DNA from: a virus
Reading direction: 5' to 3' (one strand)
DNA length: 64,000 bases
IMG/VR virus record: IMGVR_UViG_3300044631_000551
Coordinates: 20,439 to 84,438 of that record
Below are positions 20,392 through 30,382 of the stretch, piece by piece. The position numbers were made by a program, and so were the translations under genes. The notes beneath the pieces were generated by a model. That model did not search any database and was not told the DNA's origin. It saw only the letters and a program-made list of their open reading frames with translations. Each line of letters begins with the position of its first letter. Within the stretch, counting starts at the first letter, position 1.

Positions 20392-21755
20392 CGTGCACCA
20401 TTTATCAAATCTTTTTCATATGCGTCTTTATACAAATCTACATAAGTTTGAAATATAGTACCTTTGATATTATGTTTTACAGCACCAACTATGAAGTCGC
20501 CAGATTGTCTATTTGAATTTTCGTCTTCTGTAATACCACTCTTAGCAGGAACATTTAGATTTAAGATATCTCCTGGTTTGATGTAAGGATTACCATAGAC
20601 TTCAATTGTTATTTTGGTTTGTTCTAACAATGCTCTTTGCGCGCGAGCATAGAGATATTTTTCTTCTAAATAATCATCACGTTCCCAAGCATTTTCGGAT
20701 ACGGCAATATACGAAGCTGGTGTAAAATCATATTTTAATCCTTGTGGATTCAAATCGACATTAGTAGCAAACACTGGATATTTCGTATCAAACGCGCTGT
20801 TCTTGCCTAGCAAGAATATGTTTTTACTATCTTTTTCATATTCAAATGTTTTGGTCGGTGTTTTAACTTCTCTGTTTATTAAATCGATTAACATTATCTC
20901 ACTTCTAAGCACACCAGAAGCAATCAAATCAAAGTAGTTTGAGTGTTCATATTGAGAAAGATACAATACTCGGAAGTAATCTTTTTCAACACTAGCATCA
21001 AGATCTGTATTGTTTCGTTCTGGATAAAACGTATATCTGAATGCTCTTTGTTTGTTGGCGTCGCTCGCAATAGATCTAGCAGTTTTTAACTTAAAACCCT
21101 GATAATCTTGATAAAAGAAGTATGTGCTATCATCAGATTGAGAAGATAACGACTGAGACAATAATCTAGATATAGCGTCGAATGGCTTTATCTGATTGAA
21201 GATAAATCCATTTTTAATGATATTCTTGCTGCTAATCCAGTCATCCCCAGTGCCAATTTTTTCTCTATCTGGCGGATCCTTTTTAACAAACCTAGACTCA
21301 ACGATTTGCTTGATGACATCCGAAGGTGTGCCTTCTGGATAAAACTTAATCAGTGGCCACGCGTTCGTTACAGCAGGAAAAGTATACGCAACAATATCAT
21401 ATACCTTTTCTTTTTGTGTTGTGGTTTGAATTGAATTTTCTATGTTTGTAATATAAAAATTCAATATAATTTTGTTTTCTATAGGATCATCTTGAAATTT
21501 GAATAGTGTTACTTCTATGACACTACCGAGAGATAAAAAGCCGTCGTCGACCAAATTTATACCATCTACCAACGATGCTTCTAAACTAATAGAATATCTA
21601 AGCAAAGATTGTTTTAATGATATAGAATTTATAAGTGTAGCGATACCAACGCCATCTTTTACTGACCTATCTTTTTTCAAAACAACAGAATAGCTAAATT
21701 CATTTACTGTATTGCTATTTTGCACGATGAGATGTGGCTTCAAACTCGTATCCAT
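20388..21755 (-). CDS. baseplate hub protein (gp27-like)
   Basis: Upstream of gp5; YFFYQDYQGFKLK, VYGNP.IKPGDILNL, SGDFIVGAVKHNI motifs. Confidence 0.65.
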   Translation of the reverse strand: MDTSLKPHLIVQNSNTVNEFSYSVVLKKDRSVKDGVGIATLINSISLKQSLLRYSISLEASLVDGINLVDDGFLSLGSVIEVTLFKFQDDPIENKIILNFYITNIENSIQTTTQKEKVYDIVAYTFPAVTNAWPLIKFYPEGTPSDVIKQIVESRFVKKDPPDREKIGTGDDWISSKNIIKNGFIFNQIKPFDAISRLLSQSLSSQSDDSTYFFYQDYQGFKLKTARSIASDANKQRAFRYTFYPERNNTDLDASVEKDYFRVLYLSQYEHSNYFDLIASGVLRSEIMLIDLINREVKTPTKTFEYEKDSKNIFLLGKNSAFDTKYPVFATNVDLNPQGLKYDFTPASYIAVSENAWERDDYLEEKYLYARAQRALLEQTKITIEVYGNPYIKPGDILNLNVPAKSGITEDENSNRQSGDFIVGAVKHNIKGTIFQTYVDLYKDAYEKDLINGAR

Positions 21756-21756
21756 A

Positions 21757-22284
21757 TTATCCTCTTAGACTTTTCTCTAACTCTAAAGTAATTTGTTTAC
21801 TAAATGTTTTATCGATAAGTCTAATGTTTCTTTTTTGTTCATTAAGATCAAATTCTTTGTCGTAAGCATAAACAGGAACAAGCCAGCCGTCAAAATCATC
21901 ACCACTAAAAACATAGTTAAATGTATCTAGAGAATATCGTTCATCAGATATGCTGTCAGCATATTCAACAACTAAAGTTTGTGCTGCAGTAATAGAACCA
22001 TATTTCTTTACAATAAATTCTTGAAATTCTTCATCGCTCAGAACCCAATCAAAGTACGGATCAATCATTTGATTAGAAATCATAACTAACCAAGCATAGT
22101 CAACAGAACCATAATAGTTATGCGCTACCATAGAAGGCTTTTCGCCATCTTTAACTTCGTAAGTGTAAAACAATGATTGCCCTAAAAGTAATTCTTTGAT
22201 GATGTTGGACTTCAACATAATGTTTCTAAGAACAGCACCATTATACTGTATCAGTGGAAAATTGCTAAAATATTGCTTTGCCAT
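21757..22284 (-). CDS. gp53: baseplate wedge gp53 (LysM-like)
   Basis: YFSNFPLI.Y, YEVKDGEKPSMVAHNYYGS..WLV.ISN..IDPYFDW. Confidence 0.9.
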   Translation of the reverse strand: MAKQYFSNFPLIQYNGAVLRNIMLKSNIIKELLLGQSLFYTYEVKDGEKPSMVAHNYYGSVDYAWLVMISNQMIDPYFDWVLSDEEFQEFIVKKYGSITAAQTLVVEYADSISDERYSLDTFNYVFSGDDFDGWLVPVYAYDKEFDLNEQKRNIRLIDKTFSKQITLELEKSLRG

Positions 22285-22297
22285 TTCTTTTTTTACC

Positions 22298-23623
22298 TTA
22301 TACGAATGGTAGAGGTTTTAATTTCTTTCCAGTTCTATCCGTGTAGTTAATTTTAGCTTGTAGGGATTGAACTTCTGTTGCTATTAAATTCATGTCTACT
22401 TTAACTTGAGTTATTTGAGCTTTAATGTTGGCGACTCTATTCGGATCGTTTACACCAGGACCACTTAAAATAGTGCGTTCTTCCTCTTTGAGTGCTTCTA
22501 ATTGATTAAATTTGAATTTCCAATCATTTACTAATTGATTAATCTCAGCTTCGGTTTCTGCTCTAGATTGAGAAACAGGTGTTTCTACAGTTTTATCTGA
22601 CTGAGATGCATCTTGGCTAAACATATCAAGTTTATTTGGTTTCATAGCAATCCCACCAGAATTAAGAATGACATTTTTGTTTAGCGGGAATATTTCTTTA
22701 AACGAAAGAGAAAGCGAAACTGCCTGCGGTGCATCTTCTGTTGTAAACACATTAAAACCATTTGGCGCATAGTTTACTTCAATGTTAGTTAGCGCGCATC
22801 TAGAGAAAGAGTAAAGATAATTGGTTCCTAGAAATGCCAACTCAAATTCATGCGGTGTCTTCAACAATAATCCATCGGGTTCTGGTAAAGCAAAATATCT
22901 TAATAGATTTATGATTTCGCGTAGATTATCAGATTCTTCTTTATTTTTAGGTTGTAGCATTGGCCAATCTAATCTAAAATTTCTTGGTTCCACGTTTTCA
23001 AAGATATTTGCAGAAAATGGATTTGCGATATTTCCCAAGGCAAGAGTACTAATTCCTCTTACCGAATCTATATTTTGTAGTAGAGTTCTAGCAAGATAAT
23101 CTCCTGCACGAGCTGCCGCCAACGCGCCATCGGTACCAAATGAATCTTGCACTTCCAATCCGAGACTATATCCTGCTCCAGCAATACCAAGTTTATCTAG
23201 AGAATATTCAATATTTAATGATTCTGTTGGTATCTGCGCTGGTAACGGAAGAGAAATATACGTATCTGTTTTTACTTCTTGGGAAGTGAGAAGTTTTGGT
23301 CTAAAGGTATCTAAAAAAACATTTGCAGTTTTTTGTGCTTCTTGTTTTGCTGTATCTTTAAGAGTTTGATCTTTCTGTAATTCTTCGGTCGTTTTTGCGG
23401 CGGCTTCTGCATTGTATTTAAGTATCTTACTAATTTCGTTACCAGCTTTTGTATAGCTTGTTTTTACAGGTTTAATAAGAAAACTGTAATGATTGCTGCC
23501 TTGGTCAGTCAAGAATTGTATCGATTTAGCGACTTGTGTTTCGTTTCTCGCTCTGTCGATATCCTGCGTCGCAACATTTTTGCCACGCGCGCCACCTCTT
23601 GATCTTGGTCCTGTACTAGTCAT
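22298..23623 (-). CDS. gp48: baseplate tail-tube cap gp48-like
   Basis: ISLPLP, NPF..IFENVE.RNF, P.NKEES, CALTNIEVNYAPNG, LSLSFKEI; start placed at the ATG at 23623. Confidence 0.75.
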   Translation of the reverse strand: MTSTGPRSRGGARGKNVATQDIDRARNETQVAKSIQFLTDQGSNHYSFLIKPVKTSYTKAGNEISKILKYNAEAAAKTTEELQKDQTLKDTAKQEAQKTANVFLDTFRPKLLTSQEVKTDTYISLPLPAQIPTESLNIEYSLDKLGIAGAGYSLGLEVQDSFGTDGALAAARAGDYLARTLLQNIDSVRGISTLALGNIANPFSANIFENVEPRNFRLDWPMLQPKNKEESDNLREIINLLRYFALPEPDGLLLKTPHEFELAFLGTNYLYSFSRCALTNIEVNYAPNGFNVFTTEDAPQAVSLSLSFKEIFPLNKNVILNSGGIAMKPNKLDMFSQDASQSDKTVETPVSQSRAETEAEINQLVNDWKFKFNQLEALKEEERTILSGPGVNDPNRVANIKAQITQVKVDMNLIATEVQSLQAKINYTDRTGKKLKPLPFV

Positions 23624-23630
23624 ATAAATA
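23623..23630 (+). promoter_or_regulatory. T4-type late promoter TATAAATA
   Basis: Exact consensus 35 nt upstream of gp4. Confidence 0.7.
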
Positions 23631-23664
23631 CCTTGTTGATTATACTCTTTATTTAGGCGATAAA

Positions 23665-24099
23665 ATGGCATGGAAGGGAAAATACAAGGTCAAGAACCCA
23701 GCTAAATATAAGGGTGACCCGACCAAAGTTATTTATAGGTCAAGTTTAGAACTAAAGTTTATGAACTTTCTTGACACTCATTCTGATGTAATTGAGTGGA
23801 ACTCGGAGGAAGTTGTAGTTCCTTATCGCTGCGTAACAGACAACAAGATGCATCGATATTTCGTAGACTTTTGGTTTAGAAAGAAAACGCCAGATGGCAA
23901 AATAGAAAGCATACTTGTTGAGATTAAACCACTAGCTCAGACGCGCGAACCTAAGAAACAGCAGCGAAGAACTAGACGATATATCAACGAAGTTATGACT
24001 TGGGGTAAGAATCAGTCGAAGTGGAAAGCTGCGGAAGAGTATTGTAAAGATCGCGGTTGGAAGTTTCAAATTATTACAGAGAAGGAATTAAACGGCTAA
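23665..24099 (+). CDS. gp4: head completion nuclease gp4 (TnsA-like)
   Basis: KGKY.VKNP.KYKGDP..YRSS.E..FM, WNSEE, HRYFVDF, VEIKP, NQSKWKAA. Confidence 0.92.
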   Translation: MAWKGKYKVKNPAKYKGDPTKVIYRSSLELKFMNFLDTHSDVIEWNSEEVVVPYRCVTDNKMHRYFVDFWFRKKTPDGKIESILVEIKPLAQTREPKKQQRRTRRYINEVMTWGKNQSKWKAAEEYCKDRGWKFQIITEKELNG

Positions 24100-24698
24100 T
24101 GTCAGCATATATTTACACAAGGTTGGTTAAAGACGCTACGAAAGCTGGCGTTGATATTTCGCAACACACTACAAAAGCTGTTACATGGTTAAGATCAAAA
24201 TATGCCGAGATTGGTAAAAATACAGTCGTTCCTTCTAAGTTTATTAATGAATCAGAAAACAAAAGAAAACGTGTAAAGATGGGCAGAATGTATATGTTCT
24301 TGTATGACCCAAAAGGAAAGAAAGAACTTCCATACTACGACCGCTTTCCGCTAATCTTTCCTGTTCAGTTTGCCCAAGATGGATTTTATGGTCTAAACTT
24401 ACATTATCTTCCACCGATCCTAAGAGCTAGATTATTGGACGCTCTATACGAGTTGAGAGTCAATACTGAAAAGAAAGACGAAACAACTCGTCTTCGTTTG
24501 ACATACAGACTATTATCGGGAGCAGGTCGTTACAAATTATTTGCTCCTTGTTTTAAGCATTACCTTTACGAACACACTCGTTCTTCGTTCATCTATGTTC
24601 CACCAGAACAATGGGATATGACAGTGTTTCTACCAACAGAACAATTCAAGAAAGCTACCAAAGAGAAAGTTTGGAAAGATAGCAGGAGCAAAGTATAA
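24099..24698 (+). CDS. gp2: DNA end protector gp2
   Basis: GRMYMFLYDPK.K..LPYYDRFPL, GLNLHYLPP, FLPTEQF; start at ATG overlapping gp4 stop. Confidence 0.9.
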   Translation: MSAYIYTRLVKDATKAGVDISQHTTKAVTWLRSKYAEIGKNTVVPSKFINESENKRKRVKMGRMYMFLYDPKGKKELPYYDRFPLIFPVQFAQDGFYGLNLHYLPPILRARLLDALYELRVNTEKKDETTRLRLTYRLLSGAGRYKLFAPCFKHYLYEHTRSSFIYVPPEQWDMTVFLPTEQFKKATKEKVWKDSRSKV

Positions 24699-25645
24699 TG
24701 GCAGAAGAACTTAATCGCTTTAGCGTAGATACTTTCGTAAGTAAATTCTTACAAGTTGGTTTAATTCAGGGTTCTAATTTTTATGTGAAGTTTACTCCAC
24801 CAGTCGATGGATTTAGCGATGTAGCTATGTTATGCTCTGCTACAAATCTTCCTGGGAGAAGAATTGCTACATCTGAACAAAGACCTTATGGTTATGGCCA
24901 AGTAATAAAAATGCCATATGATGTATTATATGACGAAATCGAATTAACTTTTTATATTGATGCCAGAAACGCTGCAGCGTTACAACTGTTTGATAAGTGG
25001 CTTTCCAAAGTTATAAACACTGGTAAGGAATTTCCTAATAATAAACACAGAGTCGCATATAAAGACGACTATACTTGCAAAGATTTAAAGATATATGTAA
25101 TGAATCAAATGGTCGGCACAGAAAATGCTGCTGATGCTGATTCTTCAAATGAAAGTAATTCTATGGCGGTAATCGAATGCGAGCTAGTAGAAGCATATCC
25201 TATACAGATGGGGTTTCCAGTTTCATTAGATTGGGGTAATGGCGACGAGTTTTTGAGAATTAATGTTTCGTTTGCGTACAGAACAACAGAATATAGATTT
25301 GGTCAGTTGAGCCTAGAAGCTGTTGATGGTAAATACTATAACACTCGCTCTCCTTATGATACGCCAACCAGAGTCGACCAGGATGCTAAGGATATTTCTG
25401 ATTTCCTAAACAGCACCGCAAACTTTATTGGTACCATTGCTGATACAGCACAGAAGATTAATGAGTTTAAGACTAATTTAACTATTCTCAAGAGAGCAGA
25501 TGGTATTCTCAATACCACAAACTCGTTGCTACCATTCCTTGGCAACAACAGAACCGCAATCGACACTATAAATAATGTTAATAAGATTATCTCTGGAACA
25601 AGATTTATCAAACAGAACCTGAATAATATTAGAAAATTCCCTTAA
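24698..25645 (+). CDS. baseplate tail-tube initiator gp54-like
   Basis: C..TNLPGR.I.T, KMPY..YDEIELTF, EAYPI..L.W..VSFAYR (tail-tube fold). Confidence 0.7.
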   Translation: MAEELNRFSVDTFVSKFLQVGLIQGSNFYVKFTPPVDGFSDVAMLCSATNLPGRRIATSEQRPYGYGQVIKMPYDVLYDEIELTFYIDARNAAALQLFDKWLSKVINTGKEFPNNKHRVAYKDDYTCKDLKIYVMNQMVGTENAADADSSNESNSMAVIECELVEAYPIQMGFPVSLDWGNGDEFLRINVSFAYRTTEYRFGQLSLEAVDGKYYNTRSPYDTPTRVDQDAKDISDFLNSTANFIGTIADTAQKINEFKTNLTILKRADGILNTTNSLLPFLGNNRTAIDTINNVNKIISGTRFIKQNLNNIRKFP

Positions 25646-25673
25646 TTACTGATTGACTGATTGGAGAAATACA

Positions 25674-26369
25674 ATGGCTTTACCCAAAATTAAACAACCT
25701 ATCTTTGAACTAGAGATTCCATCGTCGGGTCAAAAGATTCGTTATAGACCATTTACCGTAGCTGAAGAAAAGATTCTTCTTATCACAAAAGAAAGTGATG
25801 ATATAAAAGATACGATAAATGCATACAAAGCAATCGTAAATAACTGTTGCTTGGATAAAATTGATGTTGACAAATTATGTTCATTCGACTTAGAATATTT
25901 CTTTCTGAACATTAGATCTAAATCTGTTTCTAATATTGTTGCAGCAAGAGTAAAAGACGAAGACGATGGACAGATATATGAAGTAGAAGTTGATCTTGAT
26001 AAATTAATGGTATCAAAAATGAAACCAGAAAGATTAATCAAATTAACTGATGATATTTCGGTCTTCATGAACTATCCTACTTTTGATGTTATTGCAAAGA
26101 TAGGAAAGGTAGACGAAACCACTCAAATGCTGAGAACCATGATTGCTTGCATTGAACAAATCTATCAAGGTGAAGAAGTATTTGAAACATCAGAATATTC
26201 GCAAAAAGATATGGAAGAATTCGTTCTTTCTATGGGTGTTAAGGAACTTCAAAAGATTAAAGAGTTTTTCGACGCTATGCCAAAAGTATATGCAGAAGTA
26301 AAGTATAAAACAAAAGATGGCGTCGAGAAAATGATTACGCTAGAGGGTATTCAAAGTTTTTTCGATTAA
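25674..26369 (+). CDS. gp26: baseplate hub subunit gp26
   Basis: MALPKI..P.FEL.IPSSGQKIRYRPFTV.EEKILL, FDLEYFFL.IRSKSV, LEGIQSFF. Confidence 0.88.
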   Translation: MALPKIKQPIFELEIPSSGQKIRYRPFTVAEEKILLITKESDDIKDTINAYKAIVNNCCLDKIDVDKLCSFDLEYFFLNIRSKSVSNIVAARVKDEDDGQIYEVEVDLDKLMVSKMKPERLIKLTDDISVFMNYPTFDVIAKIGKVDETTQMLRTMIACIEQIYQGEEVFETSEYSQKDMEEFVLSMGVKELQKIKEFFDAMPKVYAEVKYKTKDGVEKMITLEGIQSFFD

Positions 26370-26542
26370 TGGTAGGGTATATGTCCCTACCGCATTATTA
26401 CGAACTTAACTTTGCATTGATGCAGCATCACAAGTATTCTCTTGAAGATATCAATGAGTGGCTACCATTCGAGCGAGATATCTACGTTAATATGTTACTG
26501 AAACATTTAGAAAAAGAAAAAGAACAATCAAAGAGAAAATAA
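26369..26542 (+). CDS. gp51: baseplate hub assembly catalyst gp51
   Basis: Not in ORF track; MVGYMSLPHYYELNFALMQHHKYSLEDINEWLPFERDIYVNMLL matches the gp51 motif of marine/freshwater T4-like phages; follows gp26. Confidence 0.8.
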   Translation: MVGYMSLPHYYELNFALMQHHKYSLEDINEWLPFERDIYVNMLLKHLEKEKEQSKRK

Positions 26543-28213
26543 ATGGCAACCAAACCGCTACCAACAATCGCTACTGATTCACAAGGGCGTCCAGTAAAAG
26601 AAGATGAGAAATCAACAGATATTAAAATATCAGTTGACACTCAAAAAGTGCAACTCGCTGTCCTTACAGATCTTCTCGGTGTTGTTAAAAACATAGCAGA
26701 TAATATGGTTGCTGTGATGCGCTCTCAAGGAATTATGTATGCAGGCATGGACGCTTATCTTGATGTAGCGCGTGTAGAAACCAAGAATAGACTAGCCGAA
26801 AAAGAAAAAGAAAAAGAAGCTAAATTAGGCGAAGGCGAGCAAGAAAAAAGTCCGCTTGGGAAATTGTTTGACGAATACTTTGGTAGTCTCAAGAGATTAT
26901 TGACAATAATTACAGCAGTTCTGGTACCATTTCTATTAGGATTCGTATTAAGTTTTATCGATCTTACCAAACCACTAGATTTATTAAAGGCTGCTCTTAT
27001 CGGTCTGGCTGCATACATTGGTGGTAAGTTTCTACTGCTATTGGCGAAAAATTGGATTAAGAACATGTTCTTAGGTCCAAAAACAATCATGGCTCCTGGT
27101 TCTACTATAATCGCAACTCAAGGAATTGGCGGAGTCGCAGGTAAAGGTAAAAAAGGTATTCCTAAAGGAGTCGGGACAACCATTGGTACTGGAGTCGCAA
27201 CTACTGAAGTGGCTGCTGGTGGCGGTATGCTTGCTAGATTTGGTAAAGGACTTTTGGGATTGGTGAAAACTGTTGGTAAACTGTCTGGAATCCTTGCGCT
27301 TGTTATGGGTGCTATCGAAGGTCTATTCGGTGGTATTACTGGAGCAATCGAAGGATTCGAAAAAGGTGGCATTGTCGGGGGATTTAGAGGTCTTTTAGCA
27401 GGAGTCACCACTGGTTTTATTAATGGCTTATTAGGAATCTTCGTAGATATAGGACAATTTCTTCTTTCTGGTCTTTTAGATTTGATTGGACTTGAAGATG
27501 CAGCGAAGATAGTTGAAGAGTTTAATTTTAAAGAATTCTTAGACAAATATGTCGGGTTCTTAAATCCAATCGTAGGATTTATTGATTTATTTGATGAAAC
27601 TAGTGTAATTAGAAAAAACTTCGACAAAGCACTTGATAATGTTAGCAATGTCGGTGATTTTGTTTCTAACATCTGGGAAGACATCACAAAAGCGATTCGC
27701 GAAGTTTTAATAAAGCTGGCGGGAGCTGTTCCGTTTGGTAACACTCTATTAAGCTGGTTAGGAATAAAAAAACCATCTGGTCCAAAGCCAGTAGACGAAG
27801 AAAAAGCAATAGGTTCAGCACAAGAACAATTAAAGAAAGGTGGGCGCGAAGATATAGCAGAAAAATTGGAAGGTGTAACCACCGTAAAAGAAGCCAAAAA
27901 AATTATAACAGATGCAGGATATAGTGAAAGCCTAGCATCAGAATTACTTGGCGTACCACAAGCATCTGCAGTACCAAAAGCAGTACCAGCTCCAGCCGCA
28001 AACAGAGCAGAAGAACTTAACAGAAAAACTGAAGAAGCAAAAGCCAAACCACCAGCGGCACCTGCACCAGCTGTAAACAATACAACAGTTGTAAATGCAC
28101 CAAATAATATTCGATCAACCACTAATATGAATCAAGCACCACACGCAGAACGAGCTGGTCTCGGCAGTAGAGGAAATGCTGGGTTCAGTGGATTCAGTAA
28201 AGCATATACCTAA
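26543..28213 (+). CDS. tape-measure/hub gp29-like protein
   Basis: Follows gp26-gp51; helical with Gly-rich hydrophobic segments; C-terminal AVNNTTVVNAP. Confidence 0.55.
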   Translation: MATKPLPTIATDSQGRPVKEDEKSTDIKISVDTQKVQLAVLTDLLGVVKNIADNMVAVMRSQGIMYAGMDAYLDVARVETKNRLAEKEKEKEAKLGEGEQEKSPLGKLFDEYFGSLKRLLTIITAVLVPFLLGFVLSFIDLTKPLDLLKAALIGLAAYIGGKFLLLLAKNWIKNMFLGPKTIMAPGSTIIATQGIGGVAGKGKKGIPKGVGTTIGTGVATTEVAAGGGMLARFGKGLLGLVKTVGKLSGILALVMGAIEGLFGGITGAIEGFEKGGIVGGFRGLLAGVTTGFINGLLGIFVDIGQFLLSGLLDLIGLEDAAKIVEEFNFKEFLDKYVGFLNPIVGFIDLFDETSVIRKNFDKALDNVSNVGDFVSNIWEDITKAIREVLIKLAGAVPFGNTLLSWLGIKKPSGPKPVDEEKAIGSAQEQLKKGGREDIAEKLEGVTTVKEAKKIITDAGYSESLASELLGVPQASAVPKAVPAPAANRAEELNRKTEEAKAKPPAAPAPAVNNTTVVNAPNNIRSTTNMNQAPHAERAGLGSRGNAGFSGFSKAYT

Positions 28214-28243
28214 AGAAAAGGGAGCCGAAGCTCCCTTTCTTTT
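28212..28243. terminator. bidirectional rho-independent terminator
   Basis: AAAGAAAAGGGAGC-CGAA-GCTCCCTTTCTTTT between convergent genes. Confidence 0.85.
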
Positions 28244-29153
28244 AACCAGCTAATTTTCGGAAGAAATCCAAATCATCATCTTCATCAGAAGCTGGAGTAT
28301 CTGCTACTGGAGCAGATTGCGCTTCAGCGACTTTCGCGCGAGGAACGTACTCGGCGACTTCTTCATCAGTGTCAGCAGCAGTTGCACCAGCAACACCACC
28401 AGCACCTAGAACGCGGTCAAGCTGTGCTTTCAGCTCATCATACGACTTGAAGTTCGACGGATCGACGATTTTCTTCAAGCTGTGTTCAGAAGCCCAGACA
28501 GATTCTAGCTTCGCGTCATCATCAAGCAACGGACTCTTCGGATCGAACTGCGACTGATCGTAGTTGCGATAGCCAGCAACTTGACGAATCTTCAGACGGA
28601 AGTTTGCGCCTTCCCACAAATCAAATGGGTTGACTGCTTCGTCGCCTTCAAACTCAGGATACATTACAGCCTGAATCTTATCCCAGATCTTCTTGCCGAA
28701 CTTGTACAAGAATACCTTGCCATCATTTTCAGGATGGGCTGGATCTTTTACAATATAGACGTTGGCGATATAGGACAAGCGACGCTTTTGCTTACGAGCC
28801 TGTTGGCGATTAGGATGTTCATCATCCTTAGTTGAATTCCAGAGTTGCGAATTGAGTTCGCTTACTGGGTCTTTGCCACCGATAGTGGTCAGAGAGTTTT
28901 CGATATACCACTTACCAGTCGGACCTTGGAAACCATGGTCAAACATTTGTACGAAAGGTACATCTTCACCTTGCGGTGCAGGTAGGAAACGGATTACAGC
29001 GAAACCATTACCAGCTTTATCTACTTCAGGCTTCCAGTAGTTGGAGTCATCCTTAGCGTAGGTTTTCTTTTCATTCAACTTCTCAAGCTGTTCGGTCAGC
29101 TTGCTGAATGAATCTTGGCGACTGCGTTTTAATTGTTCGAACGATTGTGTCAT
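28242..29153 (-). CDS. gp32: single-stranded DNA-binding protein gp32
   Basis: WKPEVDKAGNGFAVIRFLPAP, WYIENSLTT, YKFGKKIWDKI, NPFDLWEGANF, acidic tail DDDLDFFRKLA. Confidence 0.95.
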   Translation of the reverse strand: MTQSFEQLKRSRQDSFSKLTEQLEKLNEKKTYAKDDSNYWKPEVDKAGNGFAVIRFLPAPQGEDVPFVQMFDHGFQGPTGKWYIENSLTTIGGKDPVSELNSQLWNSTKDDEHPNRQQARKQKRRLSYIANVYIVKDPAHPENDGKVFLYKFGKKIWDKIQAVMYPEFEGDEAVNPFDLWEGANFRLKIRQVAGYRNYDQSQFDPKSPLLDDDAKLESVWASEHSLKKIVDPSNFKSYDELKAQLDRVLGAGGVAGATAADTDEEVAEYVPRAKVAEAQSAPVADTPASDEDDDLDFFRKLAG

Positions 29154-29213
29154 AAGTATGTTCCTTGTATTGACGGTGTATTAACGGTTTCACATGTTCA
29201 TAATATAGTTGAC

Positions 29214-29221
29214 TATTTATA
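29214..29221 (-). promoter_or_regulatory. T4-type late promoter TATAAATA upstream of gp32
   Basis: Exact consensus on minus strand. Confidence 0.55.
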
Positions 29222-29804
29222 TGTCAAATCGACTATCAATTATCTCTTTCATCTTAGCTTTGTCGAATTCTAAGAACGGTGTGTACTTTTTGATGAGAAG
29301 TTTGGTTTCTTTCCACGTTGGGTCATACTCGCTGATGTTTTTATCCCAGTAGGGAACAAAGTTGAGTACAGTATTCATAATACAAAGAGAATCCAAGCTA
29401 AACTCCTTTAGGAGATACAACCTGAGTAGATACGGATGATTGCCACCATCCATAACTAGGTTGTCATCCAACTCATCCTTCAAATTGGACAACTCTGACT
29501 TGAAGTTGTACGAAAGTGATTCCTTCCGCTTCTTCCATGCCAGATAGGTTTCCTCGCCAGATGAATCGATAATATCACCGATCCATGCTTTAGTACCGCG
29601 AGAGGAAATGTTTGCCAACAAATACTCGAACGGCTCTGGTTTCTTGGAAAGTTTCATGAAGAAATACTTATCTCGGCGAACCTCGAATGTATCTTCCTTC
29701 AAATTCATTTTACCACCATAGCGGTGATAGTCATAACTCGGTGAAGAGAAATGAGTCTTGAGTGCTAGATAGGTGCTGTAACATTCAAACGGTGTCACTC
29801 TCAT
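29217..29804 (-). CDS. gp59: helicase loader gp59
   Basis: TPFECYSTYLALKTHF..YDY..YGGK..F..RRDKYFF.KL; adjacent to gp32. Confidence 0.85.
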   Translation of the reverse strand: MRVTPFECYSTYLALKTHFSSPSYDYHRYGGKMNLKEDTFEVRRDKYFFMKLSKKPEPFEYLLANISSRGTKAWIGDIIDSSGEETYLAWKKRKESLSYNFKSELSNLKDELDDNLVMDGGNHPYLLRLYLLKEFSLDSLCIMNTVLNFVPYWDKNISEYDPTWKETKLLIKKYTPFLEFDKAKMKEIIDSRFDI

Positions 29805-30346
29805 GCCCACCACACTGGCACTTGTCGTTTCTTCCAACTAGCCATGCGCTGTTTATCACCGATGTAATAGTTGCGATAGGATTTTACAGAGTCACCTTTG
29901 ACTTTGTATTTGTCTGGCATCGCAGGTGTAGGTTGAGTGAATGGTTTGGTTGCAATGTTTTCTGGGATGCAGTTTACAAGCCATTTGACAAGTCCGATTT
30001 CCTCGCACTTGTGTACCTTACCATAGCGGTGAGTGTATTCCTTACACAACTCGACGAGCAGATAAGCGAGCCACTGATAGTTGGCTTTGCTCTCTCGCGC
30101 CCAGATAGCGGAAGGATGATTGATATGTGTGGCTTTGTAAAGCAAACTGTCACCAGCGAAACTGTTGTCTAGCTTCCAGCGTTTGATACGTCGTCCGCTG
30201 GAATCATCAACATACTGTTGCCCATCTAGGACACGATGCGCCGTGGAAAGCAGTTGCGAATACTCAAGAATCATCTTGACAACATGCTTGTCCACGTGCA
30301 TTTCGGCACACGTTTTAGGTTCTAGGTGAAGCGCAAATATATTCAT
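29801..30346 (-). CDS. pyrimidine-dimer DNA glycosylase/DenV-like conserved phage protein
   Basis: MNIF.L..P..CA..H.DKHVVKMILE..QLLSTAH, YK.TH.NHPS.IW, EYT.RYGK.H, YRNYY. Confidence 0.6.
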   Translation of the reverse strand: MNIFALHLEPKTCAEMHVDKHVVKMILEYSQLLSTAHRVLDGQQYVDDSSGRRIKRWKLDNSFAGDSLLYKATHINHPSAIWARESKANYQWLAYLLVELCKEYTHRYGKVHKCEEIGLVKWLVNCIPENIATKPFTQPTPAMPDKYKVKGDSVKSYRNYYIGDKQRMASWKKRQVPVWWA

Positions 30347-30352
30347 AATGAT

Positions 30353-30381
30353 ATTATACCCTAAAATGTGTTGTTAGTAAA
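30353..30381 (-). promoter_or_regulatory. early sigma70-like promoter
   Basis: TTTACT-17 bp-TATAAT. Confidence 0.7.
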
Positions 30382-30382
30382 A

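Noticed and set aside
27118-28122. 334-aa minus-strand ORF
   Set aside because: Fully antisense to the tape-measure-like gene, with no recognisable motif
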